A DNA stretch of 64,000 nucleotides, taken from Octopus sinensis. Lineage: Eukaryota. The translations under genes were made by a program, and so were the position numbers. The notes beneath the pieces were generated by a model, which was not told the DNA's origin, ran no database searches, and saw nothing but the letters and a program-made list of their open reading frames with translations. The stretch spans positions 19,096,001 through 19,160,000 of the forward strand of contig NC_043015.1 of the NCBI RefSeq assembly GCF_006345805.1, written 5' to 3'. Shown here one piece after another: positions 26,981 through 38,683 of the stretch (position 1 is the first letter of the stretch; every line of letters begins with the position of its first letter).

Positions 26981-28223
26981 ATTCACAGAAAACAGTCCGG
27001 ACAAAAAGCAGCTGGATCAGTTATCCGGTAAGCTGAATAGAGAGTTATCACTGGATCATTTAGCAAATCAATTAAGCGAGAATATTGAACCCCTGTCAAA
27101 TCGTTTAATTGGAAAGCGTTTTCTGGATCCACTGGCCAGTGGTCTTATTGGTAAAAGATATCTTGATCCATTGGCCAGTGGACTTCTTGGAAAAAGAAAT
27201 TCAGATGTTAACACTAGTAAAAATCATGCAGGAAACAGACAAAAAGATGGAATCTTGAGTCAAACAGGGAAACAACATTTTGACCTCTTAGATAGAGAAC
27301 TTATTGGTAAACGCTATCTTGACCCATTAGCTAGTGGTCTTATTGGCAAACGCTATCTAGACCCTTTGGCTAGTGGTCTCATTGGTAAAAGATATCTTGA
27401 TCCATTGGCTAGTGGACTTCTTGGTAAAAGAGACACACGCCTTGATTCGAAAAGTGATGACAATCAAGGGACAGATGACTACACGTCTAATGATCTTGCT
27501 ATTAATGATGCTGGAAAACGTTATCTTGATCCATTGGCTAGCAGTATCATTGGTAAACGACATCTTGATCCATTGGCCAGTGGACTAATTGGTAAACGAT
27601 ATCTTGATCCATTGGCTAGTGGTCTCATCGGTAAACGATATCTTGATCCATTGGCTAGCGGTCTTATTGGTAAACGGTATCTTGATCCATTGGCTAGTGG
27701 TCTTATTGGTAAACGATATCTTGATCCATTGGCTAGTGGTCTTATTGGTAAACGATATCTTGATCCATTGGCTAGCGGTCTTATTGGTAAACGGTATCTT
27801 GATCCATTAGCTAGTGGTCTTATCGGTAAACGATATCTAGATCCATTGGCGAGTGGTCTCATCGGTAAACGATATCTTGATCCATTGGCTAGTGGTCTTA
27901 TTGGTAAACGATATCTTGATCCATTGGCAAGTGGTCTTATTGGTAAACGATACCTAGATCCATTGGCCAGTGGACTAATTGGTAAACGATATCTTGATCC
28001 GTTGGCTAGTGGTCTTATTGGAAAACGGTATCTTGATCCATTAGCCAGTGATCTTATTGGTAAAAGAGATGTGAACCCCAACTCTAGTAAAGAGAATTCT
28101 GCAAATAGCCGAAGTAATGTGATCTTGGATCCAACGACCAATGGCTCCGCTATGAATAAACGGTATCTTGACCCACTAGCAAGTGGAATCATTGGAAAAA
28201 GACAAAATGAAAAGTCAGAATAA
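26981..28223 (+). CDS. LASGLVamide: Terminal coding exon of a multi-copy amidated neuropeptide precursor (LASGLVamide/LASGLXamide family; main product YLDPLASGLI-amide)
   Basis: Open frame with 20 xLDPLAS..-G-KR cassettes (13 YLDPLASGLI, 2 YLDPLASGLL, and one each of FLDPLASGLI, HLDPLASGLI, YLDPLASSII, YLDPLASDLI, YLDPLASGII). Each has a Gly amide donor plus a KR convertase site, and polar/acidic spacers separate the blocks. Polypyrimidine acceptor ttttatttttcag ends at 26980 (phase 2); TAA ends at 28223. The symbol is a family name recalled from molluscan neuropeptide literature, not a database hit. Confidence 0.9.
27522..28067 (+). repeat. 14 x 39-bp coding tandem array within the neuropeptide exon
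   Basis: Units start every 39 nt from 27522 to 28029; variation is mostly at synonymous third positions. Confidence 0.95.
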
Positions 28224-28650
28224 TCTGATGAAAACATTTATCTACTTAATGGTTTTGAGGATATTCATGAAATGAGAAGTGTATATGCTTAAAAATGGAT
28301 CGATTGATTTGACAGTGATGTTTGATAATATTTGTTTTCTCTCTATTTCAAATGGGACAATTTTCATTGACATCAAAAAACTAAAAGTATAGATAAAAGC
28401 AAAACAAAAACGAATAAAACAATCTATAAAACTTTATAAAAAAAATAAAAATAAAAATATCATCTCCGAAACAAATATATCCAACATTAATAGAGGATGA
28501 TGTTTGAAAAAGAAAAGCTGAAAATCGGTTATTTTCTTTAATGGTTCTTTGTGAAGTAGCAACTGTGATTTTATCGTTCTCTTTTACACAAAACAGGCTA
28601 CCTAAAACATACTGTAAACAATTATTTGTGAATAAAACCTTTTCTTTTCT
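28224..28650 (+). other. Probable 3' UTR of the neuropeptide gene with candidate poly(A) signals
   Basis: AT-rich sequence after the stop, with AATAAA near 28414, 28444 and 28631; the true 3' end is unknown. Confidence 0.45.
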
Positions 28651-29220
28651 CCTCTTCTTCCATGACTTTCTTCTCTTATTCCATCTTAACATATTGAACA
28701 GTGGTGGTACATTAAGTCACAACCTTTGTTTAATGCTCTCTCTTTTTCTCTCAGTATATATAGTTATTGTACGTCCATGAGTGCAAATGTCTATGTATAT
28801 ATATATGTGTGTGTATTGATGTATATATATTCATGTAGAAATTTATGTGTATGTGCATGTGCTTGTGCTTGTAAATGTAAGTGCAAACACACTTAAACTA
28901 ATGCAATACAAACTTATTTCATCAAAGCGAAATAGCACAATGTAACATGTTTTGTTTATTTGTATTTTTTGATGTTCATATATGCATTTTTTGCCACTAA
29001 ATTCAAAAATCACATTCGTTTTGACGTAACGTCGATAGTTATTTATTTATTCCTAATTTAATATTTGCTCATTATATTTGAAACTTTTCTCTACAGCACT
29101 TTGTTGGTTCAATCTATTCTAGTATTGTAAGGATAATTACACAACATTTAGTACTTTTTCATATATTGAAAGATATTTAGGAAGTATAATATTAGAAGAA
29201 AATGAAACAATAAAACTCTG

Positions 29221-29452
29221 CACTGTAAATGCCTTGATAACTCTTTTCTTAAGATGAGAAGTGCTTTGACGATCGAGATTTTCTGGAGTGTATACTTTTA
29301 TCTCTTCTGACTAGAGACCATATATAATCTCCCATCATAGCAGTATCCCATCGTCCTTGGTATCTTTTTTCCATAGTTGCGATGTCCTGATGAAATCTCT
29401 CATCATGCTTGTTTGTATCATTAGAAAAAATAAGAGAGACCACAGAAAACAA
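29221..29452 (-). mobile_element. Chapaev-like transposon 3' end
   Basis: HDERFHQDIATMEKRYQGRWDTAMMGDYIWSL; terminus begins CACTG at 29221 on the plus strand. Confidence 0.65.
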
Positions 29453-29454
29453 GT

Positions 29455-29934
29455 GTTTGGCAAAACCGTGTAATTCAGAGGCTGACGTTAAGAGATCGCT
29501 TCGATTCTGCAGCAGGAATTTCTCGCCATGTAAATCGTGATTATGGAATGAATGTGTCTCGAAAGACTGTGGCTCGTCATTTGAAGAAAGTCGGACTTCA
29601 TGCCCATTTCTCTGCCACTAAACATCACATCAGTATAAAGCGCCAAATAGCGACAACTGGATGTACGACAACTGGTCGCATGTGTTCCTCAGTTACGAAA
29701 GCAATTTCAATTTCGTTGGCTCTGATGGTAGAAAATACTTGAGACGTCGTAAAAGTGAAAGATTGCTCCCTAAATGCGTGGAAAAATCAGTGAAGTTTGG
29801 ATGTAGGGGCTTAATGGTGTGGGGAATGATTTCTGCAGCAGGTGTTGGGCCTTTGATCAAGATCTATGGCAATGTGAATACAGCCATATACAAAAACATC
29901 GTTCTGCAGCATGTTGTGCCAGCTATGAAGCAAA
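29455..29934 (+). mobile_element. Tc1 transposase fragment
   Basis: VSRKTVARHLKKVGL, WSHVFLSYESNFN..GSDG and SVKFGCRGLMVWGMIS motifs. Confidence 0.8.
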
Positions 29935-31150
29935 GACAAGTACAGGTAGCCAGAGTCAACGTTGAATTCTGCAACTCTTTTAACTCTAACAAGTATGTTT
30001 GCAAATATATAAACAGGTTTAAACGCTGCAACACTCTTATGCAGAATGGTAGTCAGCAGATAAATAAAAATGACGAAGATGCACAGTATGACAGAGGAAG
30101 ATATATCAGTATCTACGAGGCTTTTTGGCGCATCTTCAATTTTCCCATTCAAGAGAGGCACCCAGCCATCATTCATCTGAGTGTCCATCTAGAGAATGGC
30201 CACAGGGTTATCTTTACAAAACAAGCAGCCTTGCAACAAACACTCTCCAAAAGAAACTACCCTTACTGCCTTTTTTAAGTTGTGTCAAGTAGATGAAGAT
30301 GCAAGAAAACTCCTTTAGTCACAATTACCTAAGTATTACACCTGGAGAAACAATAAGAGGCACAAGAGGAAACATGGGGCTGAAACACGTGCAAGAGTTT
30401 ACAGTGTTCACCCAAGTCAAGCAGAATGCTACTACTTACAGCTCCTTTTGCCTGAAGTACATGGTCCCAAATCATTCCAAAATTCAAGGAGGGTAAATGG
30501 TCACGTGTGTGAAACTTATAGGGAAGCATGTTATCAACAAGGTTTTTTTTAGAAAATAATGAGCATTGAAACCTTGCATTGACTGAAGCCTCTTTATTAG
30601 ATTCTCCGAGAAAACTCGGTAGCCTTTTTTCAATTATACTGAACATGTGTCAACTTGGCAGTCTCCTACAGTTTTGGATGAAACATCATGAGGACATAGC
30701 TGAGGACCTAAAGTATGCGGTTCAACAGGCAAACTCAAAATATCAATATTCAGTTCTCTGAAACAATTTTTAAGGATTTGAGGATCACGTTTTGGCCATG
30801 GAAGGCAAAAATTTGCAAGAGAGTCTGGCTCTGGACTGCCAAAAACAAACCATCAAATTAGTGATTCAACTTCAAGAGACATAGCAAGAGAGACAAATTA
30901 TGACAGCACAGACTTGGCTGCATTTGTGAACCTAAACTTCTTCCAGAACATCGCCGTGTATATGATAAAATGCTTCGTTTATTACTATTATTAATTTTTT
31001 TTCTTTTATATTATGAATTCAGAATTGATTTCCCAATTGAATATTAAATTGAATTTAGGATAACAAATTTCTATACAACATATTTTGCTTTTTTCTTCCA
31101 ATATATAAGGAATAATTTAATTCCCGGGCAACGCCGGGTTCCTTTGCTAG
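29935..31150 (+). mobile_element. Helitron Rep/helicase fragment with canonical 3' end
   Basis: VNVEFCNS..KYVCKYIN, GRYISIYEAFWRIFNFPIQERHPAIIHLSVHLENG; 3' hairpin CCCGGGCAACGCCGGG (31123-31138) then CTAG|T at 31147-31151. Confidence 0.85.
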
Positions 31151-31160
31151 TGTGTGTGTG

Positions 31161-31224
<64 letters not shown>

Positions 31225-31236
31225 ATATATATATAA

Positions 31237-31304
<68 letters not shown>

Positions 31305-31789
31305 AAAAGTAATGTTTATTGCCACTTCAACATAGCTGATCCGAACGGAACGACGTTACTAATATTTTTTAACACCAGGAGAACTTCTCCAGCTGTGTCC
31401 AATATATTGCAAGCAGGGGAGTGAACCCCTACAATCTAGCGATTTGACAGGATCAGTAGACCAACCTGGTTTTAGGGTATTTGTCGTTCCTCAGTACTGG
31501 ACACCTGTCTACTAGAAGATGGCAGTCGTTCGCCCTAGCTGCAATATATAGAAAAATTAGCGACAAGCAATGTAGCTAATTCTAAAATCTCTATAAGAGA
31601 TGCAGGTAGTAAGAACACTGAAAAGTATTGTTTGTTGCCACTTCAACATGGCTGTTCCGTACAGTACGACGTTACTACTATTTTTCAACCCCAGGAAAAC
31701 TTCTTCTGAAGCAGACATGTGTCTAGTACTGAAGAACGGCAAATACCCTGAAACCAATTTGGTCTACTGGTCCTGTCAAATTGCTAGAT

Positions 31790-32770
31790 GGGCGGGGTTC
31801 GCTGAACAGCAAGGAAAATGTGAGCCATTCTTCAAGTAAAACCTGCTTTAGCTCTTCAGTCAATGATGGCGGGGGAAAGTGGCCCCTCAGCTTGCTGCTC
31901 CAAAATGCACGATAAATGTTCAGTTATAATGAGATCTCGTGATTGTAGGATCAGTCTAAGTTGTTTACTTCACTTTTGTGCTCTTCCTACCAATTTTGAA
32001 TAATATAAACTGTATGAATCAGTGTTTAATTGTCCTACAAATTTTGCCACCGTCAGGGAGCATTATTTGTACTACAATATGGACATGATCAACCAAAATA
32101 GTTAGATACTAGTTGGCATTAACTCTGCCATATAGAACAAATGAAGGGCCAGGAGAATTCCAAAATACGGCAGTCCAAATCATAACAGAGCTACCTCCAT
32201 GCTTCTCTGTAGAATGTCAAACGGTTAAAGTTGAAGGCTTCTTTAGGTTGTCTCCAGATATAAGCACATCCTGAAGTGACAGAAAGGGTGAACGATTATT
32301 CATGAGCGATGACATTGTTCCATTGAGTCACTAATTACTTCTGAGAGTCTAGATACTATTTTCACGCTTATAGATATTGAAGAGACAGGATAAGTTTAGC
32401 AATTGCAGTCCTCTCGTTGTATCTAGTTTTATGGAGCTATGGGGAAACGGTTTTGGTTGGCAAGTTCGTAGTTTAGCTCTGCTATCACTTTTGTTTTCGA
32501 TTGGTTTTTGACACAATTCGTTTCATTATTCTGCAGACCCTCTCTGTGAGTATGCTTTCCGTCCAGAATTATATTTGCCGGAGCTGGTTATATCTTGGTT
32601 TTTGAATGCCAACATAATTTCTCCAAACATTAAATAATGCTATAGTTTTATTAACTGAAGTTCTAGCCATCCGCGCTTCAACAATTTGTCCACTTTGGAA
32701 ATCAGAGAGATCACGTATTTTAACTTATCAATATCAATATCTGCCAGAAGAAATGGGGAGACCAGCTGCT
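31790..32770 (-). mobile_element. Degenerate Tc1 fragment
   Basis: Minus strand TEKHGGSSVMIWTA and ELKQVLLEEW motifs. Confidence 0.6.
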
Positions 32771-33181
32771 ATGTCATTAAGAACAGGATATATAATGAAT
32801 ATGAACACATAGATACAGACTAGAACAGCTTTGAATTTGGCATATTGCCAATGGAAAATATAGTTAAATAAGTTGTATTTCAATTATTTTGTACATCTGT
32901 ATATGCACGCGCGCGAGCACACGCACACACACACACACACACACTCACACACACAAAGGAATATGAATGGACAGCTCAAATTATGCTGCGTATGCTTCCA
33001 TGACTATTTCTTTAATGATACATAATATGCATTTCATTTGGTGATATTCAACATTTTAGCACTAAAAGCATTCTGCGAAAAAATATGCTAACAAAAAATA
33101 TATATATTGTATTCAGTAGGGTGGTTAATCCCAAGTGAGTGAGGAGATACTTTGTATTGCAACCAATCAATCAGAGTAGAA

Positions 33182-33229
<48 letters not shown>

Positions 33230-33534
33230 TTCACAAACTGACAAGGGAGTGGCTAATTCTGTTTTTCCACTCATATGATAGATTTATTTACCGGACAATA
33301 ATTTATCAATAATATTTTGTGCACTAAATTATCCAACTATCTATGCAGCAGAGCTTAAGGGTAAATTTAGATAACTACACAATATAATATTGGTTTCAAA
33401 TTTTGGCACAATGCCAGCAATTTAACTAGTGTTCGTTTTATACATCCAAAACGGATGACATGTAAAGTCGACATCAGTAGAATTTGAACTCAGAACGTGA
33501 GGACAGACGAAATGCCGCATTACACTACACAATA

Positions 33535-33678
33535 TAATGTTTCTGTCTACCACATCCACTCACAATGCTTTGATCGGCCCAAGGATATCGTAAAAGATAC
33601 TTGCCCTAGGTGCCACGCAGTGAGACTGAACTCGGAACCATGTGGTTGGTCAGCAAGCTATTTACCACACAGCCACTA
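33535..33678 (-). mobile_element. SINE family B, 5' part
   Basis: Reverse complement of the agtggctgtgtggtaaatagcttgct...cactgcgtggcacc head. Confidence 0.8.
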
Positions 33679-34162
33679 TACATAAATATTGCAAAAAACA
33701 CATTTGGCCAAATTTAGACATACGACAGTTTAGCATAACAAAACAAAAATACACACACACTCACACACATATATATGTGTATACATATGTATACACATAT
33801 ATATTTGTATATGGGGTGGTAACGTTCATACAACTGTTATTCACGGATATACTCGTGACGCTGAATATATTCGTATACATATGTATACACATATATATGT
33901 GTGTGTGAGTGGGTGTATTTTTGTTTTGCTATGCTAAACAGTCGTATGTCTAAATTTGGCCAAATGTGTTTTTTGCAATATTTATTTTTAATCGTAATAG
34001 CTGGTTCTTTTGGTCAAACTGTCGTATCTCCAGCTGCTTCAGCTGCTTCAGATGCCAAGATATCAAAAATTGTCAGTGTAGTACAACGGATTTACTATGG
34101 AGTGGTGAAACTATTTTCTCGTTGTCTGAAAAAGCAACAACACTTTTGTATAATAGTGACGA

Positions 34163-34720
34163 ACTAGCTGAACAGCCCGTCGTTGCCGGGCAATTTTTAC
34201 AATAGAATGTCTTATATAAATTTTTGTTTTTTCCATGTCAAACCATGCCTTCCCCGACAGATAGGCTTCTTGATCAGGACAGATTTGTGCATTTTTTCTC
34301 AAAAAACTTCCTTGCAGATTTTTTTCCTTTTTAAATTATTTACACGTCTGTTCGACCGTTTCAGATGAAACTTATTAAAATTTCAAAAGTTCTTACAACT
34401 TTGGTCGTCGTAATCCTTTACTTTCGTTTGTTTAATAAAAATTTCTCCACGTAATGATTTTGCTTATATTTTGTGATAGACAGGTATCATAGCGAACATG
34501 CCAGCTTCCAAATCCTATTTTCTGATCAGGACAGATTTTCTTGATTAAACTTTAAACCTCAGTAACATTTTTCTACAATTTTTCAGGAATAAATAAATAA
34601 CAAAATCGGATTTAACGTGGAAAATCATTTCAATATACCAAATTTTAAAATTTTGACGTAATTTTAAAATTTCACAATATGTGACAGCAACAGGGGGGGG
34701 GTCTACTAAAGCACAGAGAC
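34163..34720 (-). mobile_element. Non-autonomous Helitron-like element (3' end at 34163)
   Basis: Minus strand GCCCGGCAACGACGGGC hairpin + TGTTCAG + CTAG|T; internal duplicated tgatcaggacagattt; 5' limit uncertain. Confidence 0.55.
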
Positions 34721-34857
34721 AGACAGTTATGCGACGTGACACACACATAAACACAGACACAAACACACACACTTTTACAAACGTGCACACAGGTAATCAC
34801 GAATTTAAAATGGTGTACAGTAGACATATATACGTTTATAGTATCTATGTATGTGTG

Positions 34858-34912
<55 letters not shown>

Positions 34913-35013
34913 ATGTATGTATCGATGTGTGTATGTGCGTGTGTGTGTCTATGTACTTACGAATATATTCAGCGTCACGAGTATATCCGTGTATGAACGT
35001 TACCACCCCATAT

Positions 35014-35077
<64 letters not shown>

Positions 35078-35085
35078 TATATATA

Positions 35086-35622
35086 TACTTTATAATTAGG
35101 GTTCAGCAAAGATTTGCTTCACCACATACCGGAGTTTAGAAATAGCAGTCAAAAAATCTTAGCTATTTCTTCTACTTTAAAAGGGACTCCCAGAAAAACC
35201 AAAGTACCTGAAAACAATCCACGCAGGCAAAGGGGAAAAATAACGAAAATCAATCGATATTAGGTTACCCACGTACGCGCGTTTCGGAATTAGATCGGTA
35301 TAAAGAATAAATAATTATACTTAACCCGACCATCAGCGTGGGATTCCTAACCGATCATCAGCGTGGGATTCCTCCAATATTAATTATTAAATATTAAATT
35401 CGAAGGCACTGGAAAATATCTCTCCACCTAACGGTATCAGAGAGATCATATTTAGTGCTAGTGCTGCCAAATTCAAAATACGAATGAGAGTTCATCATCT
35501 TCCCCCGCCCATAAGCGTGTCGCCAAGTACACGTAGAAGGAATAGCTAAGATTTTTTGACTGCTATTTCTAAACTTCGGTATGTGGTGAAGCAAATCTTC
35601 GCTGAACCCTAATTATAAAGTA
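35086..35622. mobile_element. Fold-back/MITE-like element with ~90-bp terminal inverted repeats
   Basis: 35086-35175 versus 35533-35622 are near identical (about 3 mismatches); internal short tandem duplication ccga[c/t]catcagcgtgggattcct. Confidence 0.75.
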
Positions 35623-35716
35623 TTACTTAAGCTTACCATGAAATGGTCTTTTTCATGCCGAATTCTACTTGGTGAAATTACTGATTACTTCTTAATTAAT
35701 TAATTTTACCCTTTGT

Positions 35717-35798
<82 letters not shown>

Positions 35799-35869
35799 TA
35801 TATATATATACATAAATGTGAAACAAGGTGGAAAAAAGAGTACTCAAATACCAGTGGTAGAGTAATATG

Positions 35870-36027
35870 CTTTATTTTAAGCAGCAGAAAATTCAACAAA
35901 ATCTGTTACTCTGAGTTTCTCGTTGCCGTTCATCAGACAGTTTTTGCTAGCAAAAGCTGTCTGATGAACGGCAACGAGAAACTCAGAGTAACAGATTTTG
36001 TTGAATTTTCTGCTGCTTAAAATAAAG
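35870..36027. repeat. Spacer-less 158-bp palindrome (79-bp arms, one mismatch)
   Basis: Centre at 35948/35949; the only mismatch is T35941:G35956. Confidence 0.95.
35957..35994 (+). ncRNA. Minimal type-I hammerhead ribozyme motif (mirror copy on minus strand 35903-35940)
   Basis: CTGT-CTGATGA-ACG GCAA CGA-GAAAC TC A GAG TA^ACAG: intact core, stem I CTGT/ACAG, 2-bp stem II with GNRA loop, palindromic stem III, GUA site. Confidence 0.7.
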
Positions 36028-36076
<49 letters not shown>

Positions 36077-36518
36077 AATTTTAGGGTAGCAAGAAAATTC
36101 ATCGAAAAATTCTTAGTTACCAGTGGTCTAGCAAGAAAGAAAAAATTAGTCAATAGACTATATATTATTCAGAGAAGAATACAGTGTACATTCAAACATA
36201 AAAGAGATACCCGAAGAATGGGATATCTGACTCGCTAGAAAGAGCAGTTAAAACTCCAAGCCACCAATTGTTGTAATTCCGAAAGTGATTGAAATATAAA
36301 AACGTTTACCTTAATCCTAGACCCTGCAAGGTTTCTGCAGACTTAAATACAGATTGAAATAAGAAAATTTCAGTCTATATCTGGCGCTGCGTCTTCAGTA
36401 AGTTGCAAAGACTGAACACATAGACATGGAGCTATAAGAAGTCAGCCACGTGTCTATGGGTTCTAACTTTTCGAATTTACCGCGCAGATGCCACCCCCCA
36501 TATACAGATATATATATA

Positions 36519-36584
<66 letters not shown>

Positions 36585-36610
36585 GTGAGTGTGTATGCAC
36601 GAGTATAAAT

Positions 36611-36658
<48 letters not shown>

Positions 36659-36713
36659 TATATATGCATGTGTGTGTGTGTGAGTGTGTATGCACGAGTA
36701 TAAATATACATAT

Positions 36714-36757
<44 letters not shown>

Positions 36758-36989
36758 TATACATGTATACATATATATACAAGTATAACAGTGCTATATC
36801 TTCAATTTACAGACTACTATCCCCCACGGACTTAACACAAGCCCCTCCTCCTAGTGACTGCTTCTACACCTCCCGCAGCAACTTAATTTCTTTTCTCATT
36901 TTTCATTTCTTACTTGTAATTGCGCCTTTTGTATTGCATCAACTTCCTTATCTCCTTTATATTTCATTGATTTCAAATTTTTTTTTTTT

Positions 36990-38250
36990 AGTGTTTATAA
37001 TTTATTGTTTTTATAAATTATTGTTTTTATTTCTATATACACGCACACATACACATCCTTACGTACCCACGAACGCACATATACCTCCCACACAGCATAC
37101 ATGCACATATACACACACATACTTCCACACACGCATACATACAAATACACACACACCCACATACACCCACGCGCGCACACACACACGTGCACAAGCGTAC
37201 ACACACATACATACGCACAGGAATGCACAGATACCTATCCCACGCAACCCCACGCACACACAGACACATACCTTTAGACACACACATATAAACGTACATA
37301 CAACCACATACACACACATACTCAAGCACACGCGCGTACACACAACAGAATGCACACATAACCCGACACACATTGGCAAAAAACACACACACACAAGCAC
37401 ACGCACGCACATACACACAGGTACGCACATTACGCTTACACAACCCCCCTCACACACACACAACCAGCGCGCACAGGCATACACAAATTCACATACACAC
37501 CTATACATATACATACACACACAATATATGCATGCACGCACACAAACATACACATACGCATACATATATAGACACAGACACACACACGCACACGCAAACA
37601 TGCGCCCGCAAACGCACATACACACGCACACGAATGCACACATACCTAACACTCACAACCCCACGCATACACGTATATACACCCACATACGCACACGCGC
37701 AGACACATACACACGCACACACACACACGCACGCACGCATACACGCACATACGACAACACGCACATACAACACGCACGCACATACACACGCACACACATA
37801 CACACGCACACGCAAATGAACCCACACATACCTCCCATACACACAGCACACACTCATACATACACGCACACAATTATACATACATGTATACACACATACG
37901 CACACATACACAAAGTAAAGCACAATTATTCCACACACACAACCCCCTCGCATATACAACTCCCACGCATACACTAACACACACACACACACTACATATA
38001 CATACATGCACGCACACATACTTCAAAATACCAGTATCTTCCACTGACCATTCTCCTACGCACATGTGTAGAGAGAGACACAACAGGAGCCACTCCTACT
38101 ATAAATTCTTCCTATGACCTTAAACGATACTAAGCCCAATCACACACATTGATTAACAGCCACAACCACACAGACACACGTGCTATCATTACACACACAG
38201 AACTGCGCGCACGCACATACCCACACATACACACACATACCTCCTTCTCT
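36990..38250. repeat. Degenerate (CA)n-type low-complexity tract
   Basis: Alternating purine-pyrimidine sequence; yields spurious H/T-rich and C/V-rich ORFs. Confidence 0.85.
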
Positions 38251-38380
38251 TGCACTCTCCTATCTTTGAAAGAACTTTTTCTTCACCCATTCCCTTCCGG
38301 TCATTCAATATGTGACCGCGTGTGTATCGTTGGCGGTTTTTTTTCCTCCGTCTTCCCTTCCTTGGATCTTTCCTTTTTCT

Positions 38381-38418
38381 ATGTTTCTGACGAAGAGCTC
38401 CGCTCGAAACGTTAAATC
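38381..38418 (+). ncRNA. Minimal hammerhead-like motif
   Basis: GTTT-CTGACGA-A GAGC TCC GCTC-GAAAC GTT^AAAT. Confidence 0.6.
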
Positions 38419-38512
38419 CTCCTTTCTTTTCTTTCCTGAGCGTCCAATAACACTATACTTGTTCCACGTCCTCGCGTTGTTGTATTTTCTCTTTGTATTT
38501 TCATTTTTGGAT

Positions 38513-38562
<50 letters not shown>

Positions 38563-38645
38563 CATTTACAAAAAAATCAAAAGACGAAGACGGGTGTGTA
38601 AACGACAAACAGAGGTATTAGTTTAACACTCGGGAAGTGAGAAAG

Positions 38646-38683
38646 TCTTTTACGTTTCGAACCTACGCTCTTCAACAGAAAGG
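38646..38683 (-). ncRNA. Minimal hammerhead-like motif (CUGUUGA core variant)
   Basis: Minus strand CTTT-CTGTTGA-A GAGC GTAG GTTC-GAAAC GTA^AAAG. Confidence 0.5.

Noticed and set aside
27522-28067. CRISPR-like regular array
   Set aside because: Contiguous coding repeats with no unique spacers, in a eukaryotic context.
27521-28237. 238-aa antisense ORF (LANGSRYRLPI repeats)
   Set aside because: Shadow of the sense-strand 39-bp repeat; the variation is synonymous only in the sense frame.
7800-29452. The two Chapaev-like pieces as ends of one giant element enclosing the neuropeptide gene
   Set aside because: On the minus strand the mid-protein piece should lie at a higher coordinate than the C-terminal piece; the order is reversed, so they are separate copies.
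36664-37977. 437-aa ORF and the many H/T/Y/I- or C/V/M-rich ORFs across 33-44 kb and 53-60 kb
   Set aside because: Translations of (CA)n, (TA)n and (CATA)n tracts that lack stops by composition.
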